DNA from: Anaerolineales bacterium UBA3499
GTDB lineage: Bacteria > Chloroflexota > Anaerolineae > Anaerolineales > UBA11657
Length of the DNA: 64,000 bases
Assembly (NCBI GenBank): GCA_002377585.1
Contig: DFQC01000025.1
Coordinates: 91,740 to 155,739, forward strand
Direction: 5' to 3'
Below are positions 48,163-58,410 of the stretch, piece by piece (position 1 is the stretch's first letter; each line of letters begins with the position of its first letter). The position numbers and the translations under genes were made by a program. The notes under the pieces are model-generated. The model saw only the letters and a program-made list of their open reading frames with translations, was not told where the DNA came from and ran no database searches.

Positions 48163-49599
48163 ATGAAAACCATAATGTCAAACGTGACAATAAGTATGCG
48201 CATATCAGTCTTAGTACTAATGTGCGCATACTTATTTATATTTCCAGAACAAACATCTGCTACCGGAGAAGTAGTACACGTAGTGCAACCTGGGGATAAT
48301 CTATCGAGAATAGCAGCACGTTATGACACCACAGTCGCTATATTGACTGCGCACAACCAAATCACAGACGCAAATTTTATATGGGTAGGACAATCTATTA
48401 ATATTCCTGACAAGAGCAAAAATGCTCCAAATGCAATAAGACCTGCGTCTTTATCTAATACCAGTTTAAGTAAATCCGTAAGTGAATTCTTAGACAAGCC
48501 TTTTATCCAGAAAATAATTGGGGACCGCGTATACTATTCATTCACTCCTGTAGCTGAAGGCCAACCAAGAACATATTGGTTTCAATCCATCCGAAATCAT
48601 GCGCATGAAAATCTCGCTTCATTAGCATATGCTAGTTTGGGTAAATGCTCAGAAGCACAGGGCATGTTGCGCGCTTTTTATTACGCTCAGAATTCAGATG
48701 GTGGGTTTCCATATTTGGTCACTGCCGAAACTGGCCCCGGAGCTACAACAACTACCAACATAACCTTGCCAGTGCTCGCATGGGAAGCATTACAGATATA
48801 TAGAAAGTGTGGAGATAAAGCGTTTTTAAAGGATTCATTCGAGGCTGGTGCTAAAAATGATGACTGGTGGTGGTTGCACTCCAATCGCCGTGACCACGAC
48901 CGATGCCAAGGTATGTTCTTTTGGAAAAATCATTGGGAATCTGTAAGAGATGATGCTGAATTGATCACCTGGACATCTACAAATGGCGCACAAAACCAGT
49001 GTGCGGTGGACTTAAACGCTTACTTGGTAGCTAATGATCGAGCACTCTATCATATGGCAATAGAGCTAGGTGATGACCGTGCGGAGATTTTCAATACTCG
49101 TGCGTCCCACCTATCAAATCTGATGAATAATCTTATGTGGAATGAAGAAGATAGCTTCTATTACGGAATATCTCGACGTGGAGGCCAAGTACAAGTACGC
49201 GATATTGGGGGACTCATGCCACTCTATGCGGGAATACCTTCAACCAACCAGGCACATAGACTGGTGAACAGACACTTAGGTCCTAATGGAGATTTTCACT
49301 CTGGGTTTGGGTTACCTTCACTGGGAAAAAGAGAGAATGGCTATGGAAGCGCACGCCGTTGGCAAGGAGGAATGTGGCCAAGCCTTACTACTCTAGTAGT
49401 AAAAGGTCTGGTCGATTATAACTTTGTAAACGAAGCACAGCATATAACGCGTCCTCTTGTCAAAAAAATAATTGATGGGGGAACACAAAACTTCTGGGAA
49501 TTTTATGATTCGGAGACAGGAACACCTAGTCATGCTCAAAATTACATCTGGGGTGCTACAGTATTACCTATGGCTGAATTTGCCAGAATCCAAAACTGA
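48163..49599 (+). CDS. Secreted LysM + GH63/trehalase-like (alpha/alpha)6 glycoside hydrolase fusion
   Basis: Signal peptide; LysM HVVQPGDNLSRIA; WESVRDD, AVDLNAYL, WNEEDSFYY, LMPLYAG, WQGGMWP, FWEFYD. Start uncertain. Confidence 0.75.
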   Translation: MKTIMSNVTISMRISVLVLMCAYLFIFPEQTSATGEVVHVVQPGDNLSRIAARYDTTVAILTAHNQITDANFIWVGQSINIPDKSKNAPNAIRPASLSNTSLSKSVSEFLDKPFIQKIIGDRVYYSFTPVAEGQPRTYWFQSIRNHAHENLASLAYASLGKCSEAQGMLRAFYYAQNSDGGFPYLVTAETGPGATTTTNITLPVLAWEALQIYRKCGDKAFLKDSFEAGAKNDDWWWLHSNRRDHDRCQGMFFWKNHWESVRDDAELITWTSTNGAQNQCAVDLNAYLVANDRALYHMAIELGDDRAEIFNTRASHLSNLMNNLMWNEEDSFYYGISRRGGQVQVRDIGGLMPLYAGIPSTNQAHRLVNRHLGPNGDFHSGFGLPSLGKRENGYGSARRWQGGMWPSLTTLVVKGLVDYNFVNEAQHITRPLVKKIIDGGTQNFWEFYDSETGTPSHAQNYIWGATVLPMAEFARIQN

Positions 49600-49604
49600 A
49601 GTTA

Positions 49605-50498
49605 CTAATGCTGGGTATGCACGTCTGCACTTTGGACTCGCCAAATCCCAAACAGTATTAGCGACCCGCCAATTAACATAGAAAATGAAAAAATCTCCTG
49701 AAGTAATACACTGGCAACAACTACGGTTATTAGAGGCTCAGGATATTGCAATGATGCCACTAGAGTTCCAGACATATGTTTTAACGAATAATTGTAAAGT
49801 ATCGAAGCCAGACCAGTACTACCCACTCCCAAAATGACTACTGAGATCCAGCCCGAATAACTAATTGTACTAAAATCTTTCCAGCCCCCACTATAAACAA
49901 ATAGTGGTGTTAGCATCAACAAGCCTAACATCAGTATATTAAGAGTGGTCATTCCTAGATTGCTTTGATACATTAAGGTTTTAAGCATAATAGAATACAA
50001 TGCCCATACAATTGCACTAGATAGGACCAACACCGTTCCTATTCCTCCAAACCTACCTTGAAATAAGCCTTGCCAACTGCCCGATACTACGAGCACTGCT
50101 CCTAGACCTGCTAACAACAGCCAAACTGCTTGAACAGCTACAAATTGCTCACGCAGCCATATCCAACTCATACAAGCAATGAGAATAGGTGCAAGTGCAG
50201 ACAACCAAGATGATACTATAGCAGTTGTAGTAAGCATGCCCTGCGCTTGCAGCCATTGATGTAACACTATGCCAACAAAACTCGTAAGAAATATACGAGG
50301 AAGATTGCCTCTTGAGGGGATTTGCCATTCACCACGCAAACCAACAATAATAGCTACTGTTAGAGTGCCTAATAACTGCCTTAAGAAAATCATGGTCTCC
50401 AGTCTCATTTGCGGCAATGCGATTTTGATAGCAACGAACGAAACACCCCAGAAACACACCGCGAGAATGCCTGATGCTATCGGAAGCCATGTGATCAT
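49605..50498 (-). CDS. DMT/EamA family transporter
   Basis: FWGVSFVAIK, WLREQ, WALYS, EPL...LLQE; about 10 TMs. Start moved downstream of the polA stop. Confidence 0.85.
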   Translation of the reverse strand: MITWLPIASGILAVCFWGVSFVAIKIALPQMRLETMIFLRQLLGTLTVAIIVGLRGEWQIPSRGNLPRIFLTSFVGIVLHQWLQAQGMLTTTAIVSSWLSALAPILIACMSWIWLREQFVAVQAVWLLLAGLGAVLVVSGSWQGLFQGRFGGIGTVLVLSSAIVWALYSIMLKTLMYQSNLGMTTLNILMLGLLMLTPLFVYSGGWKDFSTISYSGWISVVILGVGSTGLASILYNYSLKHMSGTLVASLQYPEPLITVVVASVLLQEIFSFSMLIGGSLILFGIWRVQSADVHTQH

Positions 50499-50511
50499 AA
50501 TGGACTTATTA

Positions 50512-53334
50512 TTACTTAATACTAAATGTTTGCATTTGTTCCCAATTCTGTCCCACATTAACATCAACCTTGAGTGGCACAGATAATCTATAAGCAGATT
50601 CCATAACCGGACGAACCAACTGAACTAACTCTTCTACTTCATCATCAAAACATTCAAAAAGTAGCTCATCATGAACTTGCAGCAATAGATGCACATTTGG
50701 CATACTCACATGAATAAGTCGACCAACTTCAATCATAGCCTTCTTAATTATGTCAGCAGCTGTGCCTTGGATTGGAGCATTGATCGCCTCCCTTTCAGCA
50801 CGAGCGCGCGCAGCCTGATCTCCACCACTTTCCGATTTCAGTAATGGAAAATAGCGCCTGCGCCCCTCCAAAGTCTGCACAAAGCCATTTTGCTTTGCAA
50901 ATTCCCGTATTTCATCTAAATATTTCTTCACACCTGGCAAGCGCTGGAAATATGTCTCTATAAACTCTTCCGCCTCACCTAAAGTGATGCCAGTAGACTG
51001 AGCCAATCTATATGGTCCCATTCCGTAAAGCAAGCCGAAATTCACTGCCTTCGCCTGTCTACGCTGTTCCGAGTTAACCTCATCTAAAGCGACATCAAAA
51101 ACAGCTGATGCGGTGGACGAATGGATATCAACACCATTTTGAAATGCATTTGTTAGGAACTCATCACGAGAGAGATGGGCAGCAATTCGCAACTCAATTT
51201 GCGAATAATCCATTGCTACTAACTTTGACCCATTTGGGGCAACAAAAGCCCGCCGCACTTGCCGTCCCAACTCACTTCGAATAGGAATGTTCTGCAAATT
51301 AGGGCTAGATGAGGCTAATCTACCGGTGACTGTTCCTGTCTGATTGAAAGAGGTGTGCACCCGACCTGTATCAGAATGCACTGTCATAGGTAATGCATCA
51401 ACATATGTGGATTTTAGTTTGGCTATCTCCCTGTACTCCAATATCTTGCGCACCACTATATAATCTTCGGATAAAGTAGATAGAACACTCGCTGCTGTAG
51501 AATAATGTCCGGAAGCAGTACGACGAGTACCTCGTGGCGGTGATATACCCATATGATCAAACAGAGCACTAGACAATTGCTGAGTAGAATTCAAGTTGAA
51601 ATCATACCCTACAATATCCTTGATCTCACCAGTCAACAACCCTATCTTTGTATCCAAATCACTACTAAACTTATTTAAGTAACTTGTATCTAGCAACACT
51701 CCTGTCATTTCCATTTTAGCAAGCAAAGGAATCAATGATAGCTCCATATTTAGCACATTCATCGAATCACTTTCTTGTAGTTCTTCGCACAATATATGAT
51801 AGAGACGCAAAGTAATATCCGCATCAGCCGCCGCATAGTCAGCTGCTTTAACAACCGGTACAAGCGACATATTTTTTTGTTTTTTACCCTTACCAATCAG
51901 CTCCTCAATATCCTGCATTGCAATTCCCAAACGTACTAGTGCCAAATTTTTTAATGACTTGTTTCGAGAATTTGGGTCAGAAAGCCATTCTGACAACATC
52001 GTGTCAGAATGGATAGGATCAACAACTAGTCCTAGTCTTTTCAATATTACATAATCATATTTAGCATTATGAGCCACCTTCCCAATCGATTGATTACATA
52101 ATGACTCAGACAATGCTTCCAAAACCTGCTTTAATTTCAGTTGACCATTCGGAGCCATTTCAGACTCATGTCCCAGAGGGATATAAAAAGCTTTTCCAAT
52201 TTCTGCAGACAAAGAAATTCCGACTAGTTCAGCATCCATGACATCGATTGATGTCGTTTCTGTATCAAAGGCAATTGTTTCAGCCTTAGCAAGGTATTCA
52301 GTTAGTTTTTCTAACCCTTCGATGGTGTCTACGACTATGGTTTTAGTAGAACTAGCTAAGTTCACATTATTACCAGAAGATTTTTCTGCGTCTGATCCAA
52401 ACGATAAACTCAATTGATTACCATCTGATTCTACGTCAGCAATAGGATCTCTCGCCAACATTGCAACTCTATTGAGGTGCGTTCGAAAATCAAGATCGCG
52501 AAATAGTTGTTCTACTTTTTTGACATCAAAGTTGCCATGCGCAGGAGCACTACAAGCGGCCAGATCAAAATCTAGCTCTAAATCAGTAACTATGGCAGCA
52601 AGCTTTTTGGATAGAAAAGCGTTTTCTTTGTTGGCAGCAAGTTTTTTTTGGAAACGTGGTTCAATTTTATCTAAATTAGAATATATGTTATCTAAACTTA
52701 GATATTGCTGCAAAAGCCTTCTGGCAGTTTTGTCACCAACTCCTGCAACCCCAGGAATATTATCTGATTTATCACCAACCATTGACTTATAATCCACAAA
52801 TTGGTCGGGAGTGACTCCAAATTTCTGTGCTACATCACTAGGACTATAGAGTTTTGCGTCAGCCAGGCTTTGTCCCGGAAGACTCACCGAGACATCCTCA
52901 TTCACAAGCTGCAACAAGTCGCGGTCACCTGTCACTATGACTACATGCACGTTTTGCTTAGTAGCGATTCGACTAAGGGAACCCAAAACATCATCTGCCT
53001 CATAACCTTCTTTCACAAAAACCGGTATATTAAAAGCATCGACCACTTCCTGAATACGCTCAATCTGTGGCCTTAAATCGTCTGGCATCTTTTCCCTTGT
53101 AGCCTTGTAATCCGGGAACATTTCATCACGAAATGTCTTGCCAACATCAAAACTTACTGCAAGATAGTCAGGTGATTCTTTTTCAATTAAGCGTAACAAA
53201 ACTGATGTAAATCCAAATACAGCAGCTGTGGGTTCTCCGCTACGCGAAGTACCTTGGAATCCTGACCCTGTTAGGGCAAAATAAGTACGATAGGCTAATG
53301 CATGACCATCAATTAGGTACAATCTCTCAGACAT
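50512..53334 (-). CDS. polA: DNA polymerase I
   Basis: LIDGH, EADD, GDKSDNIPGV, FDTETT, TGRLASSSPNLQNIP, DYSQIELR, AKAVNFGLLYG, QVHDEL. Confidence 0.98.
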   Translation of the reverse strand: MSERLYLIDGHALAYRTYFALTGSGFQGTSRSGEPTAAVFGFTSVLLRLIEKESPDYLAVSFDVGKTFRDEMFPDYKATREKMPDDLRPQIERIQEVVDAFNIPVFVKEGYEADDVLGSLSRIATKQNVHVVIVTGDRDLLQLVNEDVSVSLPGQSLADAKLYSPSDVAQKFGVTPDQFVDYKSMVGDKSDNIPGVAGVGDKTARRLLQQYLSLDNIYSNLDKIEPRFQKKLAANKENAFLSKKLAAIVTDLELDFDLAACSAPAHGNFDVKKVEQLFRDLDFRTHLNRVAMLARDPIADVESDGNQLSLSFGSDAEKSSGNNVNLASSTKTIVVDTIEGLEKLTEYLAKAETIAFDTETTSIDVMDAELVGISLSAEIGKAFYIPLGHESEMAPNGQLKLKQVLEALSESLCNQSIGKVAHNAKYDYVILKRLGLVVDPIHSDTMLSEWLSDPNSRNKSLKNLALVRLGIAMQDIEELIGKGKKQKNMSLVPVVKAADYAAADADITLRLYHILCEELQESDSMNVLNMELSLIPLLAKMEMTGVLLDTSYLNKFSSDLDTKIGLLTGEIKDIVGYDFNLNSTQQLSSALFDHMGISPPRGTRRTASGHYSTAASVLSTLSEDYIVVRKILEYREIAKLKSTYVDALPMTVHSDTGRVHTSFNQTGTVTGRLASSSPNLQNIPIRSELGRQVRRAFVAPNGSKLVAMDYSQIELRIAAHLSRDEFLTNAFQNGVDIHSSTASAVFDVALDEVNSEQRRQAKAVNFGLLYGMGPYRLAQSTGITLGEAEEFIETYFQRLPGVKKYLDEIREFAKQNGFVQTLEGRRRYFPLLKSESGGDQAARARAEREAINAPIQGTAADIIKKAMIEVGRLIHVSMPNVHLLLQVHDELLFECFDDEVEELVQLVRPVMESAYRLSVPLKVDVNVGQNWEQMQTFSIK

Positions 53335-53399
53335 AGAGAACCATTTATTAGAATATTGTATTGGGCATTATATGCGGCGTGGTGACGTAGAGCAACCGA

Positions 53400-53428
53400 T
53401 TGACACTACAATGCACAGCTGTTACACT
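53400..53428 (+). promoter_or_regulatory. Sigma70-type promoter of the thi operon
   Basis: TTGACA-17 nt-TACACT immediately upstream of the TPP riboswitch. Confidence 0.75.
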
Positions 53429-53446
53429 CCGGCGAACGACAATTAA

Positions 53447-53537
53447 TAACTGGGGAGTCTGAACAATCAGTCTGAGAGGCAGATGATATCCTGCGACCCA
53501 CAGAACCTGATCCGGGTAATGCCGGCGAAGGGAAACA
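53447..53537 (+). ncRNA. TPP riboswitch (THI element)
   Basis: GGGGAG...CTGAGAG...GACCCACAGAACCTGATCCGGGTAATGCCGGCGAAGGGAA, upstream of thiamine genes. Boundaries approximate. Confidence 0.95.
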
Positions 53538-53547
53538 TCGATTTTAT

Positions 53548-53586
53548 ACGCCTCTCAAACATAAGTATTGAGGCGTTATTGTTTTT
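53548..53586 (+). terminator. Putative riboswitch-controlled terminator/expression platform
   Basis: ACGCCTCTCAA...TTGAGGCGT bulged hairpin followed by TATTGTTTTT. Confidence 0.6.
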
Positions 53587-53599
53587 AAGGCGGTTTTGT

Positions 53600-54259
53600 A
53601 TGACAGAATTTGAACGAGCCATAATAATTGCTAATAGCAACCAATCTGTCCGGAATGATCTCACTTCAATTATCTCCTCAAAAGATTTACTCATAGCGGC
53701 AGATGGGGGGGGCAAACATTGTCTAGATGCCGGTTGGACTCCACAAATAATAATTGGTGATTTAGATTCAATTTCGAAGACCGAACTCAACAAATTGATT
53801 GATCTTGGAACCGAAGTATTAACATATCCGGTACGAAAAAACGAAACGGATCTAGAGCTTGCAATGACCCTTGCTATAAAAAAAGGCGTGAAAGAAGTGA
53901 TTGTTTTGTCTGCACTTGGAGGACGATGGGATCATACTTTGGGAAACATCATGCTACTAGCGCACAATAAATTCGAATCGACCCGTATTCGTATAATAGA
54001 GAATAATCAAGAGATAAATCTAATTCGTGCTGAACATACATACTCTATCAATGGAACACCAGGAGATACTATCTCTTTAATCCCAATAAGTAATACTGCT
54101 GTTGGAGTAACTGCCTCTGGTCTGGAATACCAATTAGATAATAGCACACTGGCTTTCGGGGCAACATTAAGCCTTAGCAATAAACTCATTGCAAGACAAG
54201 CAACCATTAAAATGAAAAAAGGATTATTAATCTGTATAGTAATCAGGAGCACCAAATGA
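53600..54259 (+). CDS. thiN: Thiamine diphosphokinase
   Basis: IAADGG, IIGDLDS, KNETDLELA, LGGRWDHTLGN, GLEYQL, LSN. Start moved past the riboswitch. Confidence 0.92.
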   Translation: MTEFERAIIIANSNQSVRNDLTSIISSKDLLIAADGGGKHCLDAGWTPQIIIGDLDSISKTELNKLIDLGTEVLTYPVRKNETDLELAMTLAIKKGVKEVIVLSALGGRWDHTLGNIMLLAHNKFESTRIRIIENNQEINLIRAEHTYSINGTPGDTISLIPISNTAVGVTASGLEYQLDNSTLAFGATLSLSNKLIARQATIKMKKGLLICIVIRSTK

Positions 54260-55323
54260 ATATAGAAGCAAAAGTAGTTATTATATTAGCATCGTTTATA
54301 AGCACACTATCACTCACATCATGCAACAATACAACATCTGAACCACAAGATAGGCTAACTTTAACAATAATGACCCATGATTCTTTTGCAGTATCTGAGG
54401 AAGTGCTATCTAGTTTTCAAAACCAGCACAATGTGAAAGTAAATATATTGAATTCAGGTGATGCAAGCACAACTGTGAATTTAGCAATACTGAATAAGAG
54501 TGAACCTCTCGCGGATGTTATCTATGGCATTGACAACACCCTACTAACTAGAGTGCTCGATAACGATATTCTGGCAAAATATAAATCACCAAATGCATAT
54601 AATGTAGAAAAGGAATTCTTGTTAGACACACAACAACGTGTAACCCCCATTAATTATGGGGACGTGTGTCTCAACTATGATAAGTCATACTTCAATTCTA
54701 ATAACATAGAAATACCCGACTCTCTACAAAGTCTAACAAACCCTGATTATGCCAATCTACTAGTGGTACAAAATCCAGCTGCTTCTTCACCTGGCTTGGC
54801 ATTTCTTCTGGCAACCATAGGCCATTTTGGTCCAGACAAATACCTAGATTATTGGTTAGATCTAAAAAACAATGGCGTGAAAATAGTGGAAAATTGGGAA
54901 ACTGCTTACTACACTGAATTTAGTGGCAGCAGCGGCAAAGGCGATTATCCTCTAGTTGTATCTTATGCTTCGAGCCCTCCTGCCGAAGTCATATTTGCAA
55001 CTGAGACAATTACAGAAGCACCGACTGGCAGCATAATAGCAGATGAAACTTGCTTTCGACAAATAGAATTCGTAGGTATATTGAAAGGTACTAAGAATCG
55101 TATTCTATCAGAAGCTTGGATTGATTTTATGCTAGATAAAGCTTTCCAAGAAGATATACCACTACAAATGTTTATGTTTCCTGTAAAAACTGAAGCTAAA
55201 TTACCATTGGAATTCATTGAACATGCGCAACTAGCCAACAAGCCATCTATAGTATCTCCAGAAGACATCGACACTCACAGAGAGAATTGGATCAAATCCT
55301 GGAGTGCCCTAATGTTGAATTAA
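54256..55323 (+). CDS. thiB: Thiamine ABC transporter substrate-binding lipoprotein
   Basis: LTSC lipobox, THDSF, ADVIYGIDN, YGDVCLNYD, SSPGLAF, WETAY, VSYASSP, CFRQIE. Confidence 0.9.
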   Translation: MNIEAKVVIILASFISTLSLTSCNNTTSEPQDRLTLTIMTHDSFAVSEEVLSSFQNQHNVKVNILNSGDASTTVNLAILNKSEPLADVIYGIDNTLLTRVLDNDILAKYKSPNAYNVEKEFLLDTQQRVTPINYGDVCLNYDKSYFNSNNIEIPDSLQSLTNPDYANLLVVQNPAASSPGLAFLLATIGHFGPDKYLDYWLDLKNNGVKIVENWETAYYTEFSGSSGKGDYPLVVSYASSPPAEVIFATETITEAPTGSIIADETCFRQIEFVGILKGTKNRILSEAWIDFMLDKAFQEDIPLQMFMFPVKTEAKLPLEFIEHAQLANKPSIVSPEDIDTHRENWIKSWSALMLN

Positions 55324-55328
55324 TCAAT

Positions 55329-57038
55329 GTGAACAATAAAACAAGTAAGTACCTTTACCCCCAATATGCTCTGTTGTGGATAGTACCACTAGCTTTCCTA
55401 ACTCTATTTTATTTCTATCCACTGGCAACGATTCTCGGCAAAAGTTTCGTAGATCTAAGCAGTCTCGCGCAACTCCTGGAAATTGTCAGACAACCCTATG
55501 TAACTAAGACTCTGTGGTTTACCATATGGCAAGCAACACTTTCCACCATACTAACTCTAGCCATCGGACTCCCAGGCGCCTACATATTAGCACACTACAA
55601 TTTCTGGGGCAAAAGCATTCTTAGAGCTATCACAGCAATCCCTTTTGTCTTACCCACGGTTGTTGTAGCTGCAAGTTTCACATCGACACTAGGTCCAAAC
55701 GGATGGATGAATAGAACTCTAATGACCTGGCTGAACTTGGAAACAGCACCAATAGTTCTTAATCACACTCTATGGGCGATACTAATAGCACACGTCTTTT
55801 ACAACACAACAATCATACTACGACTAGTTGGTGATTATTGGACTCTGATGGACCCAAAAATGGTCCAAGCCGCTCGATGTCTTGGTGCCACTCGCTTAAG
55901 AGCATTTTTAGGTATAACTTTGCCACTTCTTACACCAGCTATTGTTTCAGCTGCCCTCTTGGTATTCATATTTGACTTCACTTCTTTTGGTGTAATACTG
56001 ATACTCGGAGGGCCGATGTTCTCAACACTCGAAGTAGCAATTTATCGTCAAACAATTAATTTCTTTGACTTAGAAATGGCAGCATGGTTATCTGTAATAC
56101 AACTCATATGCACATTAGGATTAACTGTATTGTACGCACGTCTTTCCAGGAAAATACACCGACCTTTGAAAACAAATCGCTTGCAATCAATTAGAAGACA
56201 ACAGCATAATTGGAAAACGCGCATGTCTGTTGGCATATTGATTACAATACTAATTATCGTATTGGTAATGCCTTTGGCAACTTTGGCTTTCAGTTCAGTA
56301 TACAAGTTTGAACCTGATCGCGGAGAACGCGAAAATGTAAGTGCAGGTTTCACACTCAGCTATTATCGTGAACTTTTTGTGAACAGAAGAAATTCAATCT
56401 TCTTCGTCACTCCAATTGAAACAATCATGTTTTCATTAAGAAACGCTGTAATTACCACTATAAGTGCTTTGGCAATAGGACTACCTGCAACATGGGTACT
56501 AACACGTAAAACTAGACTAACACAATTGTTAGAACCTATACTAATGCTTCCATTAGGAACATCGGCAGTGACCTTAGGACTTGGATTATTGCTAGTATTT
56601 AGTCGCACCCCTTTCAATATGCGCACATCTTCATTACTGGTACCCTTAGCTCACACGCTAGTAGCTTTTCCTTTTGTAATACGTAGCCTACTTCCATCAT
56701 GGACGATTATCAATCCGCAAATACGAAAAGCAGCTGCTATGCTAGGTGCCAACCCAATACAAGTATGGCGCGAAATAGACCTACCAATCATTGGTCGCGC
56801 CATACTTGTAGCTGGTGCTTTTGCATTTACAATTTCAATAGGTGAATTTGGAGCAACGATACTTTTGTCACGTCCTGAATTTACTACAGTGCCGATGGCT
56901 ATATATCGCTATCTTTCGCTACCTGGAGCTTTAAATTATGGCCAAGCTATGGCTTTAAGCACAATTCTAATGATATTTTGTGGAATAAGCATATTTTGTA
57001 TAGAAGCAATTCGGCCAAATGCAATATCAGAATTCTAA
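55329..57038 (+). CDS. thiP: Thiamine ABC transporter permease
   Basis: FTIWQATLST, PFVLPTVV, AHVFYN, FTSFG, GEFGAT. Start uncertain. Confidence 0.87.
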   Translation: MNNKTSKYLYPQYALLWIVPLAFLTLFYFYPLATILGKSFVDLSSLAQLLEIVRQPYVTKTLWFTIWQATLSTILTLAIGLPGAYILAHYNFWGKSILRAITAIPFVLPTVVVAASFTSTLGPNGWMNRTLMTWLNLETAPIVLNHTLWAILIAHVFYNTTIILRLVGDYWTLMDPKMVQAARCLGATRLRAFLGITLPLLTPAIVSAALLVFIFDFTSFGVILILGGPMFSTLEVAIYRQTINFFDLEMAAWLSVIQLICTLGLTVLYARLSRKIHRPLKTNRLQSIRRQQHNWKTRMSVGILITILIIVLVMPLATLAFSSVYKFEPDRGERENVSAGFTLSYYRELFVNRRNSIFFVTPIETIMFSLRNAVITTISALAIGLPATWVLTRKTRLTQLLEPILMLPLGTSAVTLGLGLLLVFSRTPFNMRTSSLLVPLAHTLVAFPFVIRSLLPSWTIINPQIRKAAAMLGANPIQVWREIDLPIIGRAILVAGAFAFTISIGEFGATILLSRPEFTTVPMAIYRYLSLPGALNYGQAMALSTILMIFCGISIFCIEAIRPNAISEF

Positions 57039-57051
57039 TCACACGGTGTAA

Positions 57052-58104
57052 ATGATGCTGGAAATAATTGATATTTCAAAATCATACGGCAGTATGGAAA
57101 CGCTGAACAAAATATCATTCTCTGTAACAAAAGGGGAGATTATTTCAATATTAGGACCAAGTGGCTGTGGCAAATCTACACTGCTGAGCATAGTGGGTGG
57201 CCTGACGACACCTAACACAGGTATGATTCGATGGGATGGTATCTCATTAACAAGTGTGCCGCCACATCTACGCAATTTCGGTCTAATGTTCCAAGATAAT
57301 GCGCTATTTCCTCACCGAAATGTATATGATAATGTAGCGTTCGGATTAAAACAGCTACGACTGGATCCGGCAGAAATTGATAAACAGGTTTCTGCAATTC
57401 TGAACATGGTAGGAATGAAAGATTTAGCAAATCGAGATGTACTCAGTCTTTCTGGTGGAGAACAACAACGAGTAGCACTTGCACGTACCATTGCACCGAA
57501 ACCAAGATTGCTAATGCTAGATGAACCACTAGGATCACTTGACCGCAATTTACGCGAGCAATTATTGTATGAATTACGTCAAATACTGACTGAGCTTGAG
57601 CAAACTGTTATATATGTCACTCATGACCAAGACGAAGCTTTTGCAATAGCTGATCGTGTAGCAATAATGAATGCTGGACAACTCATACAAATAGGTCGTC
57701 CTAGGGATATTTATGCAAATCCAGCGTCTACATTCGTAGCACGTTTCCTTGGACTAACTAACATTTTGGAAACATCTGTAGTATCTGTTGATACTAACAA
57801 TGGAGTAAGGATTTCGGAAAATAGCTTGATACCTGTCTCTCAACCACCACCTCAACATATGAAAAATCCACGGATACTTGTACGACCACGAGGAGCACAA
57901 TTATCAGAACACGGCACATTATCAGGAATATTAGATAATGTATCATTTCGAGGTGCACTAGTAGATTTGAAGATAATAGTCGCAAACAGATTACAGCTTA
58001 GATTTGAAGTGCCAACCCCATCGCTCATACCCAAGGTAGGCACAAGGATAAAATTGGAACTACCTTCAGATGCTTCAATCTGGATTGAAGACGACTCATT
58101 GTGA
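57052..58104 (+). CDS. Thiamine ABC transporter ATP-binding subunit (ThiQ-like)
   Basis: GPSGCGKST, LSGGEQQRVALAR, LDEPLGSLD, VTHDQDEA; last gene of the thi operon. Confidence 0.85.
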   Translation: MMLEIIDISKSYGSMETLNKISFSVTKGEIISILGPSGCGKSTLLSIVGGLTTPNTGMIRWDGISLTSVPPHLRNFGLMFQDNALFPHRNVYDNVAFGLKQLRLDPAEIDKQVSAILNMVGMKDLANRDVLSLSGGEQQRVALARTIAPKPRLLMLDEPLGSLDRNLREQLLYELRQILTELEQTVIYVTHDQDEAFAIADRVAIMNAGQLIQIGRPRDIYANPASTFVARFLGLTNILETSVVSVDTNNGVRISENSLIPVSQPPPQHMKNPRILVRPRGAQLSEHGTLSGILDNVSFRGALVDLKIIVANRLQLRFEVPTPSLIPKVGTRIKLELPSDASIWIEDDSL

Positions 58105-58249
58105 ACATTGTTGAGCCAATAAGAAGACGCTTGTTCCAGTATGCTCATCTAGCAATGATCATATAAGATAGATGATAGCGCATAGTTGCAGACACAATGG
58201 GATTCACTTGTAAAACAAGGGTATCCCATCAGAACTACCTAATTAAGCC

Positions 58250-58279
58250 TTGACATTGCGCTAATACGCCAGCTATAAT
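58250..58279 (+). promoter_or_regulatory. Consensus sigma70-type promoter of tRNA-Asn
   Basis: TTGACA-18 nt-TATAAT ending 10 nt before the tRNA. Confidence 0.85.
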
Positions 58280-58289
58280 CGCCAAGCAT

Positions 58290-58362
58290 TCCTCGGTAGC
58301 TCAATTGGCAGAGCGATCGGCTGTTAACCGATTGGTTACAGGTTCAAGTCCTGTCCGAGGAG
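58290..58362 (+). tRNA. tRNA-Asn (GTT)
   Basis: Acceptor TCCTCGG/CCGAGGA, D-arm GCTCAATTGGCAGAGC, anticodon arm ATCGG-CTGTTAA-CCGAT, T-arm ACAGG-TTCAAGT-CCTGT; CCA not encoded. Confidence 0.97.
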
Positions 58363-58410
58363 CTATATTTCGTAAACAGTATTTTCATAGAATGAGATTA
58401 AAACTTTATA

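Noticed and set aside
53483-53599. N-terminal extension of thiN in the ORF track
   Set aside because: It runs through the TPP riboswitch; family similarity begins at ATG 53600.
58290-58410. tRNA-Asn as an integration site
   Set aside because: No integrase nearby, no duplicated tRNA 3' end noticed, and mutM follows within 50 nt.
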